A stretch of DNA of 61,120 bases, counting the filler, from Sphacelaria rigidula (taxonomy: Eukaryota): the NCBI GenBank assembly GCA_964200075.2. It is 9 parts of 9 records of this genome, joined end to end, with 100 filler letters (N's around TTAATTAATTAA, not from the genome) between each part and the next. Parts side by side here need not be neighbours in the genome. Positions count along the whole stretch, not along the records: positions 6,804 to 13,506 come from CAXNAA020018517.1; positions 13,607 to 20,308 come from CAXNAA020018518.1; positions 20,409 to 27,110 come from CAXNAA020018519.1; 6 more parts are not named here. One strand, 5' to 3'. Below are positions 10,542 through 21,429 of the stretch, piece by piece (the first letter of the stretch is position 1; each line of letters begins with the position of its first letter). The notes under the pieces were generated by a model. It saw only the letters and a program-made list of their open reading frames with translations, did not search any database and was not told where the DNA came from. A program made the translations under genes and the position numbers.

Positions 10542-13500
10542 CCGCGAACCAGAGTTGACGTTTGCGGATAGTCGCCTCGATACGTTCGCAGCTGGTCATC
10601 TCGAGCACCGCTCTGTACGAAAAAGTCTTGTCGCCATTTAGATCGTTCCTGCGGAATCCAACCACTCGCAGCAAGAGCTTGTGATGGGCGATGCGCAGAC
10701 TGTCGAAGTCCTCAGAACGTAGCGTCCACGTGGCACACCCGTACAACAGAGCTTTTACCACCTCCACTTCAAGCAGTCGAACTTTCAAGGATACCTCGGC
10801 GTTGGGTCGGTCGTAGAGTTGGGAGCTATATTTTCGGATACACGCCCACGCCGCGCTGATACGGCGGGTGATTTCGATGGACATTTTCGCATCCGCGCTA
10901 ATTTCCAGCAAGGTAGATGAACCTCCCCGTCTGCTTATACCGTTGACCGGTAGCTTTGATATCCAGGGTGGCCGCCGTGGGACTGAATACTGATCAAAGG
11001 CGCATGAACTCTGTCTTGTTCTGGGAGACCATAAGGCCGAATTACTGGCAGGTCATCATTTTCACGGCCATCATTCGAGCAAAGCCTTGTGAGGTCTTCG
11101 AGGCTATGCCGGCGTCGTCCGCATAAAGCATTGCCCACACCGCGCGTCGCACCTTTTCCAGTGGTGTCTCTTCCTCGGGTTCACCACCGACACCTTGTGT
11201 CGCATCATCTAGAAAGACCAAGTCTGAGACGATGACAGGGTCCGCCGCAAACCGCTGGACGATCACTTCCACAAAGCCTGCTCCGAAGAAATTGAACAGC
11301 AGCGGAGACATTACGCAACCTTGTCTGAGTCCCTGGCAGACATCGAACCATGCTGATAGTTCGCCACTATCTAGCTGTACTCGAGCTCGCATGCCGTCGT
11401 GAAACATACGGGTGATCGTGATCATTCGCGACGGGACTCCGAACCGAGCAAGCACTTCCCACAGGAGTGTGCGGTCTACAGAATTGTAGGCTTTCTGCAG
11501 ATCGATAAAACACGTGTTTATTGGGATGTTGCTCGCTCGTCCCAACTCCTGGAGTCGGCGTACTACGAACATCATGTTTGTGGTATATCTTTGGCGCCAA
11601 AATCCACACTACTCTTCCGGGAAGACATCTGTTTTGTCACAAAAATCGCCGAGCCTGTTGGCTACGATTTTGAGGAGAACTTCAGTAGTGTGTGCCACAA
11701 GTGAAATGCCTCTCGAGTTACTACACTGGGTCCAATCTTGTTTGTTGTGTGGCACGTTGATGGTGGCATCTTTCCATTCTTGCGGCACCTCGCCAGATGT
11801 CCAAACCGAAGAAGCGATGCCGTGGAAGTGATACAGAATGTCCGACGTCTCCCCGTTCAGCCCAAGCTTCAGGATTTCAGCAGGAATACCATCCGGACCG
11901 GTTGCCTTGGCATTCGACATAGCTCTCAGAGCCTCCTCAGTTTCACTTGGGCTTCGTGGGTTTCCTAGTGACAACGTTGCTGGTCGTTGAGCAACCTTCC
12001 CGATTATGATGCCATCAATAATTGCCGATATGGCGTTCAATAATGTAGGAAAGTACCGTTCCCATCTCCCACTGATCAAACCTCTGTCCAGCAGTAAATT
12101 GCCGTCCTCATCTCGAATGTACTGTTCACTCTCGATTGGTCGTCCAGACAGTCTCCACCCTCCGTTGAGATGTCTGTTCCATACTCTCGTGTCCCCCGCT
12201 CGATTATACTCCTCTAGTTCTCTGGCATACACATCCACATATTTATACACCCCAACTTGGATCACCTCTATGATCTTTTTACATGCTGCTCGCAATGTGC
12301 GCCATGCGACTTCATCTCGGGGTGATTCCAGTCTCATCGTTGATCTCGCCCTTGCCCTTTCCATGCAGGCAAGTTCGAATTATGTTCTGATTTCAGCATC
12401 CTCGAACCACCCCGGTACACGTGGCTTTCGGGTCAGACGGGATACCACCTTTTCAGCGGCACTCAAGAGTACGTCGGCAAAGTTCGTGACCAGTGAACTG
12501 ACTGTATCACCAAGTATACTCTGTTTGAGCTCGCTGATGATCAGCTGGGTGACCTGCTCACGTCTGTCGGGGTCAGATACAATTGCCCGTCTATCGATCG
12601 GTGTACGCCCAATTGGGATTCGTCTAGGTCTTTTGTGTGTCAACCGACCAAGGAGCTGCACTGAGGCGCACACGATGTTGTGGGAGAGTACGGCGAGTGG
12701 GGAGTTCAAGGTGGACGGTGCCTTGGATTTAGTAATCGAGTATGAAGCCAAGCTACTTCGTTTTGAGAATCTACCGGCTCGGCAGTTTGCTGCTGATCGA
12801 CTCATCTTTTACGTAGCGTCTGAAGCTCGAAACATCGTTCGTTTGAGGTGTTCATTAATTATTATCGTTGCTGCTGCTGCTGTTTTCCTCAGATCAACCC
12901 TTATCCAGAAATATAGCACCCGTAGTCACAAAGCCGTGGCACAAGAAGACAAAACAATAAACCTGATGTATCCACGAACATGAAAACACGGCGCCCAGCA
13001 GGACGAAGTTCCCACAAAAACGTCGGTAAAAGAGTGAGATATACGCAAAATGTATACGTATGACTCGAAAGAAATAGCGTAAATAATAATACGGTGAAAT
13101 CGTCGGTTACATGGTCAAATAATGGAAGTACACAGATCTGCAGTTTTAGTGTACAGTACAATGCTTACACCAACGACCATGATTACCATAACGAGTACAT
13201 CGCGATTATCGCAACGAGAGCACGTCGACAATGCGAGTGCTGACGGCTGACAGGTTGCTGCTGTTGTGTCTAGATTGTAAACCGCTCACGTACAGGGTGC
13301 AGTGGTGTCTTCACTGTAAAGCGGGTCTCTCACTTAACTGTACTGCGGTGGGAAATGACTTGCACCATTACTCCTCCGATACGTAAGGCTCTATCATTTC
13401 GAGGGCCGGTTTTTACTTGAAGGCGGTGAAATTCTTCCTTGCACTCTACCGTGATTAAATTTGCCTACCTTTTTCCCCCCCCTCCACCTTCTTCCACACA

Positions 13501-13980
13501 CATATANNNNNNNNNNNNNNNNNNNNNNNNNNNNNNNNNNNNNNNNNNNNTTAATTAATTAANNNNNNNNNNNNNNNNNNNNNNNNNNNNNNNNNNNNNN
13601 NNNNNNCAAATCAGACATCGTTAAGGGCTCGTACAAACATAACGATACAGACTTATGGGACAGAGGAAGTATATACTAGTCTAGAACGTTTTAGTATGGT
13701 GAAGATCATTTTCCCCGAGAACGCCCTGACCTCTCTCTCGAAAAGAAAGTGAAGGCCCTTTTTCCAGCATATCGTTGTCCTTCTCCATGATCAGTTTCGA
13801 ATTACATTTTGAGAAATTGAGCTCAAGCAACTGAGGTAAGGTTCAAGAGCAATGTTTTTTATCCTCAAAACTATCCCGAAAAAACATGAAAACATAATAT
13901 GTGACGCAGGAGAGTGAAAAGGACCCAGCAGATAGATGCCCTTCTCGGGTTGAAGGTATGTAGAGTGCGGGGATAATCCC

Positions 13981-14361
13981 CGACACTTTTTACGATACCT
14001 CCCCTCCCAAAACGTGCCTGGTTTGGGGAAGCAAAACCCACACGTGAATCGAATTGTAAAGAGCTGAGCTCAGCTAGCAGCTGGGAACTCCCACGCTGGG
14101 ATTAGTTCTCGCCAATATCGCCCATATGAGGAGATTCATGCAGCCTGAACCCAAACACCAGGCGCTGTATGGCCATTTTTTTGTGACACTTCTGGACTGA
14201 CTTCGGGGAGGGGCGTACTCATTTTTGTTGCTTGCCTTAGTCGTGTGACCATTGACCACGCATCCCTTTCGAGACGGAGCACAAGCCCCTACCCCTACCC
14301 CTCCCCCTACCCCTAACCCCTGACTTTGGGGGGGGGGGGGGGGCTATCGTACAAAGTGTCC
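13981..14361. mobile_element. MITE with ~30-bp TIRs and internal telomere-like (CCCCTA/CCCTAA) repeats; second partial copy at ~19138-19380
   Basis: CGACACTTTTTACGATACCTCCCCTCCCAAA resembles the reverse complement of TTTG(n)CTATCGTACAAAGTGTCC; 13981-14214 aligns with 19138-19380. Confidence 0.7.
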
Positions 14362-14454
14362 AGCTTCTTTTCTGATGTTTGTGCGCTGGCAGGTAAATGT
14401 TTAGGATGTTTGTGCGCGTCGGCCGAGACGACGTCGAAAGGAGTGCATTCGTTT

Positions 14455-15465
14455 GTGATTTTTTTACCGAGGATGACTCGTGTGCTTGAGAGATTTATTT
14501 TGAAAAAGACGAGCATGTCTCGTTTGCTCGAGACACCCATCTTCTCCAGCACGAGCAACGACTCAAGTGCTCGAGCCATTTATTTTCCCACCGCGAGCAA
14601 TAACTCGAGTGCTCGAGCCATTTATTTTTCTCGCCATGAGAAAGGCCTTGAGTGCCCGAGTCATCTATTTTCTTCACCACGAGCAATGATCCGTTTGCTC
14701 GAGTCTTTATATTTCACCACGAGCAGTAAGTCTTTTGCTCGAATCATTTGATTTTTCAACCAGTCATTTTACTTTTTCAACCACGAGTAATGACTCGTGT
14801 GCTCGCGCTATTCATTTTTTCACGAGGAGTGACTCGTGTACTTGGGTCGTTCATGTTTCGAACCACGAGCAATACGACTCGTAGGCTGGAGTCAATTGTT
14901 TCTTCACCACGACCAATGACTCGAGTGCTCAGCTTTTCATGTTTGAACCACGCGCTCTGACTTGTGTAATAGAGTCGTTCATTTTTTCCACCACGAGCGA
15001 TGCCTCGTTTGCTTCAGTCATCGTTTTTTCAATCACTAGCGATGACTCGTGTGGTCGAGTTATTTATTCCCCCCCACGAGCAATGACTCGAGTGCTCGAG
15101 CTATTCATGTTTCGAACCATGAGCAATGACTCGTGTGCTGGAGTCATGTATTTCTTCACCACGACCAATGACTCCACTGCTCGAGCTGTTGATTTTTTTA
15201 AGCACGAACGATGACTCGTGTATCCGAGTCAGTAATTTTAAAAATCACGAGCTGTGACTCGTGTGCTTGAGTCATTGTTTTTTTCAACCACGAGCAACGA
15301 CTCGTGTACTCGAGTCATATATTTCTTCCCCGCAAGCGATGGCCCGAGTCCTCCAGCTATTCGTTTTTTTTAAGCACGAGCAGTGGCACGTTTTCTCGGA
15401 TCATTTTTTAAACCACGAGCAATGACTCGTTTACTCGAGTCATTTATTTTTTCCGCCACGAGCTA
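14455..15465. repeat. Degenerate ~39-bp minisatellite (~25 units), each unit with an internal palindrome
   Basis: Consensus approximately TTTTCACCACGAGCAATGACTCG(T/A)GTGCTCGAGTCATTTA; units abut with no unique spacers. Confidence 0.9.
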
Positions 15466-16949
15466 CTTGCTCACTTTCTGTTCGTCAAGATTCTCAACCG
15501 TGAGCTTTATTTTACTACCCGTCGCGCAGGCCAAGGTCCACTTCGTGGTGGAAGGCCTGCTCCCTGCTGGCCCGGAAGAACGGATGAGAGCCGGTGAATC
15601 AGTCCGTCGCGCGTGCTCGTAGCACAAGGTCCGCAGTCACAGATTCCCCATGCGCGCTGCTATACACGCGCACGCCGAAATTTTCCAATGAGCTAGTGTA
15701 CTCCAGTTTCCCGACGTAGGCCACACGAGGTAGTCTGTATATTACACAGCTTCACAATCATACATCGAAAAACGCGAAACGCACTAACGGTCAATGTTTC
15801 CTGCTGGTTTGACCGTCATCTACTCGTCCGTGCTGGTCCCTCGCCATGTTCCAGAGCGCGCCGTACGCAGTGGTAACGGCTCCAGCCGAAATGTTACCTC
15901 GGCCACGTCTCTACAAATAGCGCTGACTCCGAATGTTCTTCCACACAACAGCGCCGTGCACGACTTCAAGGTCGCAGGCTACGGAATAAAATTCCACCAC
16001 ACGGCCGACTACCGCCACACGCACACCTCTGACGGCCGGCGTCGCCCCCACCCCCACACAGGTTGCTCGAGCGGGATGTACGTCGGGCCCGATGGCCCAC
16101 ACGAGAAGAACCATGACGCTGACTACAGGCGAAAGCACGCTCGGTTGTCTCAATGTCTCGACATAAGCGGCGTAAAACTTAACCCCCCCCCAGCAAGACA
16201 ATTCCTTGCTGACTTTGCACGTGGGTACGCTATCCAACATCGCGCTAGAGGTCTTGACTCACTCTCTACGATTCATTCACACGATGTACGCAACGAAATC
16301 AAAAGGGAAACCCTTACCAGGATCGTACGAAATAGTATGTACCATAAAAAGGGACGGGCAGCTACGGTCTGCGCATTGGACATCTGGATCCGCGGGCGGT
16401 GCTTCTTCAACTTTCTCTTGATGCGAGTGTTTGAGCGCGTTGGGGGGGTCGATGTAGTCTCCTTGCGGGCGGTACTTGAGCAGGGGAAGGCTTGATAAGG
16501 TGCTTTTTAGGGGCGGGGAGCGGGATCGCCGCTGGGTGGGAGTGCCCTCTGTCGCTGTCGGTGAGTTCTCCGGGCAGGAGCGGTGATGCCGTTGAGTGCC
16601 CTTGCTGTGGGTGGAAAGTAGCGTGGGTGGCCACGGGGTGCCTGTGATTGGGTGGACGTTGTGGTCGTCTTGTCGGTTTTCTATACTCTTTTTGGAAATA
16701 TTTTCGGATTTGTCGTGACACTTCAATACGTCCATGAACATGCCCATTTCCCGGCGTCTTTACAGATTTCGATCTTGGTACACCATCAGCATTCTTCCTG
16801 TATAGCCACCGTATTCAGTGAGCCTCTGGCACATGAAAGGAATGTGATCATCAACTCGCGCCTCGCGTACTCACTTGTTGCTTGCCTTAGTCGTGTGACC
16901 GTTGACCACGCATCCCTTTCGAGAAGGAGCACCTCGCGGGAGGAAATAT

Positions 16950-17580
16950 TCACCTCGTCATCACACGGCAAACGTCGTAAACCACCGGCTGTCCTTCGGG
17001 ACATCGTCTATCATTCGATCCTGGGACATGAGGATATATTACCCTGTGACTTTTCATATGGTAATCGTCGTAAATCATCGGCACTAGTTTGGGAACGTCG
17101 CGTCTACTTCGACCCCGACAAATAAGCACATCTGACCCAGTCATTTACACTGGACAAAGTGGATGTCCACCACCATCGATTGCTCGGGCAGATCGACTTC
17201 GGTTCGACCCTGGCAGATGAACCGGTGTGATCCAGTGATTACGCATGATATACTCGTTCTCCATTACCAATACTTGTCCGGGAGCATCATTTTTCACCCT
17301 GGCAGATGAATAAATAACAGCAAGAGACGTTACATATGACACTCATCGTTAACCATGGGCACTTGCTCTGGGACATCATATTTACGCAGACCCTGGGAGG
17401 TGAAAATTTTGTAGGCACAGAGTTGACACGTGACAATCGTTATCCAGCACCAGCACTCGTTCGGGGACACCTTCGTATATTTGACTCTGGTATTCATCAT
17501 GAGAACGTGGGCGGTGATCTTACGCATGACATTCGTTCTCCATCACCAGCTCTTATCTGGGAGCATCATTGGGAATCCTC
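16950..17580 (-). repeat. Highly degenerate ~85-95-bp tandem repeat with residual peptide periodicity
   Basis: Minus-strand fragments DVPEQVPMVNDECHM, DAPGQVLVMENEYIM, VPERVLVLDNDCHV, DVPKLVPMIYDDYHM and recurring H(L/V)PGS, broken by stops and frameshifts. Confidence 0.6.
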
Positions 17581-19379
17581 ATCATCAACCGTCCAACTGC
17601 ACCTTACCCTCGCACTATTCTGCAAATGTGTAGGGGACGAATCCCCATTATGTGTGTCGCAAAGATCCGAACCGTATGGTCGTGTGCGAAATTCCTTGGC
17701 GTAGACACCTGTGATACGTATGGGTCACGTGGAATACATATGCCGCACCCGACCCTGCAGTATGTGACACCGGGTACACAATGTTTTCGCTGTAGCCTAC
17801 TTCTTCTGTTGATACCTTCTGAGGTGCCCCCGTAGACCAGAATGCTAGATACCCCTCCGCCCCCGCCGGTGGGGAAATTCCAAGTATTAGGTATCTTCAA
17901 GTGAGAAAGAAGACCACACAGAGTCCAAGAAGGTGCCCACGCTAGCAACGAACACGGGTAGTTCGCGACGACAGTCAAAGGCATTATTACAACCCTCAAT
18001 CAACGTTATATCAAATGCGTATCTGACACACTGGAATGATTATTTTTTCTTCTGGTTTCATGCGATAGTCATACGTGGCTATTAATCATACAGGAAGCCT
18101 CTCCTCACTTGTTTGCAGGTTGATTGATCCTGGTTTGTTGCTCTCTCGCATTAGATTGATCACCGATATCATGCTGAAACGATCCGTCACACCGCACTGA
18201 ACGTTTTTGCATCATTGATACCGCAATCCTAAATGTCCATATGCTGTGACCATGCCAACACGCTCTGCGAAGTACTTTCCTACTGCCCACTTACTTGCTG
18301 TATCCCCACTTCCCGGGCAGCTTTCCCTCTGGCACCGTTCGCTCTGCTTGCCGGACTGCCTGTGCTGCAGCCATCGACTGTATTTACGCTGTGGTTACTG
18401 TACTGTACTTCTTCTGCACTACCGTGGTGCAGTGTACGCACTTGACTATTAATGCGGAAGTTTCTTTCTACTCGCATCGTAGCCTCGTAACAATGCACAG
18501 CGTCTGAGCGGCCAGCGGTAATCCAACTGCTACTATAAAAGTCCTGTACCAGTTATGGTACGTCGCACTAACCTTGAATTGGGTGGGCCCAAGGGTCGGT
18601 CAAAAAAGTATATCGGGACACGTAGGCCCCAAGATCGGAAATTCGAGTTTTTAGGGGGGTATAGGGGGGACACCCAGTCTGCTGTCCCCTAGTATATTGC
18701 CGAGGCGTTGGCGGATGCGGTCAGCTGCCGTATACAGAGATCCTTGGCATGGAGACCGCTGAGATGACGGGCACACCGCCCCTCCGAGCCCATCACCTAC
18801 CATGATTACACTTATGAGATCGTGTTCCGCGTCGTGTGCCCAGACTACCTACCACTACTCCGGGAAAAATTGGAGAGGCGTGGGATCATGTTGCTACTTC
18901 GGCCACAAGCTGTCGCCACCGTGCGCTCGTGTATCATACATAGATGTGTGTGAGCATTGCCGGCATTCGAGGTCATCGGGTCAGGGCGGGCAATAAGAAG
19001 CAGGAGCAAATATGCGAACCTCGCAAAGCCCGCCAGACTTTTCGGTTTTTGTCAGTGTTAATAAATCTCTTTCAATAATATCAACAAAATGAAAAAAAAC
19101 AATTGTGACACTTTTCGAAAAATTCACCTCCGGGAGGGGATACCTTTTACGATAACCCTCCCACCCCCAAAAAACTAGTGGTTGGTTTGGGGAGGCAAAA
19201 TCTACACGTGAATCGAACCTACAAAAGCTGAGCACAACGAGCAGCTGGGAATTCCCACCCTCCGCTTCGTTTTCGCCAATATCGCCCGTACGAGGCGCTT
19301 TAAGCAGCCAGGAACCAAACATCAGATGCTGTATCAACATTTTCTTCGTGACGGTTTTGGGCTGGTTTGGGGCGGGGGG

Positions 19380-20308
19380 CGTACTCATTTGTTGCTTGCC
19401 TTAGTCGTTTGACCATTGACCACGCATCCCTTTCGAGACGGAGCACCGCTTCTACTCCTGATAGAGACACCTCCAACATACCGGCGCTAATTACGATTCT
19501 TCAGCAGCTCCTTACGATTCTCCGTACATTGAACAAAAACAAATTACATATCTTATCCTCGTCCTGTTTCGCCGTCTCTGGCCACCATCTATCTCCTAGT
19601 ATAGCCATCGTTTTCCTCCCTCCTGTCTAATGCATCAAACGATTTCATGCCACCTTCGTTCACGTCCCGCATTTCTCCTTCTAGCACGTTCCGTTCCTCC
19701 TTGTATGAATCACATTCTGCCACTATATGACTTCTGCTTTATATCCCCTTGCCACATATGGCAGTTCGGTCCATTTACTTCCTCCTCCTTTCGACTACTG
19801 GTACATCTCCTTTTTCTTTCTTGCAAGTCTAGGTCCCCCACCCGAAATCGCAGTTTCATATTCTTCTCAGCATCTATTGGACCATGCGAATGTGCTTTCA
19901 TTCCGATCCCTTCTCTCAACCACCCGTATATCTCCAGATGTTCTTCCTCNNNNNNNNNNTTTCGATCATATCTCTTACTTTTGCCTTGCACCCCGCGTCT
20001 TCACCTATGTACAGTATTTCGTCTTGGTTTCCATCTATCTCCTTCCACACTTTCTCGACTTCTCTATCCCTTCTGATTCCAGCCTTCCCTTTCGTACTTT
20101 TCTTCCCTACAGCCCTATCAGCTATAGCTGGCAATCTCTTTCTCTGCATGTTCTTTACGCTATATTGCCATCGCAATTTCCTCATAACTCTCATGTCTCT
20201 GTTTGTTTCAAGTGAGTACATTTCCAACTCTGCTCTCAATGCTGTATTACTCGTCGTTTTCGAGCATCCAAGTATTTTCTTAGCTGCTGCCATCTGTACT
20301 GTTTCCAA
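19380..20308 (-). mobile_element. Family A LINE, longest copy (region C-terminal to RT; RTEX/L2-like, clade uncertain), cut by scaffold end
   Basis: ETVQMAAAKKILGCSKTTSNTALRAELEMY...RLP...KLRFRVGDLDL...ILGDRWW...GAPSRKGCVVNGQTTKASNK*, with frameshifts. Confidence 0.85.
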
Positions 20309-21120
20309 NNNNNNNNNNNNNNNNNNNNNNNNNNNNNNNNNNNNNNNNNNNNTTAATTAATTAANNNNNNNNNNNNNNNNNNNNNNNNNNNNNNNNNNNN
20401 NNNNNNNNTTTTTGCTTTACCAGGCTCGCAATCAATCACCGAGCGCAAAGCGCCGCGGTGTGTTCGGCGAGTCGCATGAAGGGTGAGCTGCATCCTGCCA
20501 AGATTGTTCGGCCCGAAGCCTACTGATTTATCTTAAACTTGAATGGCAGGCTTCAACGAACTGCTTCATTTTCTGGTATCGCCACTTCCAGAGACAGCCA
20601 TGGCTTATGCACTGCCTCATGGGTGTCTCACCATTTAAACACTACGTTGTACGATCATCCTCATTGTGCGGAGTTGAGGTTCTCCCACGCCACACAACAA
20701 GATCCAGCTCGACTACCACCATGGCACCGCAAATAAAAACGCAAGACAGAGAGGGGTGTGGGGGGGCAAATAGTGCACATGTTTTTTGTAACATGGGGCG
20801 TAACTCATCAACATATTCTCTCCGTTATCTTGCGACGGATGAGAGTGCTGCTCTAGTCTTCACATGGATGTAGCGGTCTGCTCCGGCTAGATCAGACCCA
20901 ATCGGTCAATGAAATGTCAAGGTGTTTAGAAGAGGAAGTGTTTGACAATCCGCTAATCGTCCCTTCGATTGCGGCGTTTTCACACAGACTGGGAAACAGG
21001 ATGGTACTGTGCTGCGTTACAGTGTCCTGCACTGTTGTATAACATGCACATATTCTCCGCTGCGGAGTCCTTTGTTGTCGTTCAATCTGGTGACTTTGTC
21101 TCAGAACCTCGCGATATGTA

Positions 21121-21423
21121 CCGCACCCAGGTGGTCCAAATGATCCGACGATCATCATTAGGGTTGAGAGAACGTGAGCTCGATTCCTGCCAGAGGCGGG
21201 GGTCTTTTCTTCGAAGTATCCGATTTGCATCGTCGAAAGCGGATGTACGTGAGTAGAAACAAGCAGTTGGCGGAGTTCGTTTGACGAGAATTGACGTTGG
21301 GAGTGCTGACCCAATCCGCGAGATCAAAACGGAAGGCTAGTACGGGGCAGAGATGAGTTTCATCTCTTGAGATCACGGACTCGTCCCAAGGAAGGGGAGG
21401 GGTTCAAAGTGCGACAAAAAAAA
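21121..21423 (+). mobile_element. tRNA-derived SINE family 2 (other copies: 40815-41063 -, 41208-41600 +)
   Basis: Head CCGCGCCCCGGTGGTGTAGTGG with B box GAGTTCGATTCC. Shared GGGAGTGCTGA(C/T)CCAATCCGCGAGA...GAGATG...CTTGAGA(T/A)CACGGACTCGT. Confidence 0.8.
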
Positions 21424-21429
21424 TGTATG

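Larger units (their letters stand above)
7780..12830 (-). mobile_element. Degenerate RTE-clade LINE (end of APE endonuclease, RT, C-terminus, 3' UTR), interrupted by a TRIM and a SINE
   Basis: Frameshifted ORFs carry KATGPDGIPAE, SRGISLV, FIDLQKAYNSVDR, GLRQGCVMSPLLFN, LYADD and LLYGCATW. RLPKRVM follows at 8745-8955 and DWVTATKNMGKWH at ~8300-8355. (TCAA)-type tail at ~7780-7805. Confidence 0.93.

Noticed and set aside
12006..12983. 325-aa plus-strand ORF
   Set aside because: Antisense shadow of the RTE LINE ORF.
14455..15465. CRISPR array
   Set aside because: Palindromic units abut without unique spacers and are degenerate; there are no cas genes and the context is eukaryotic.
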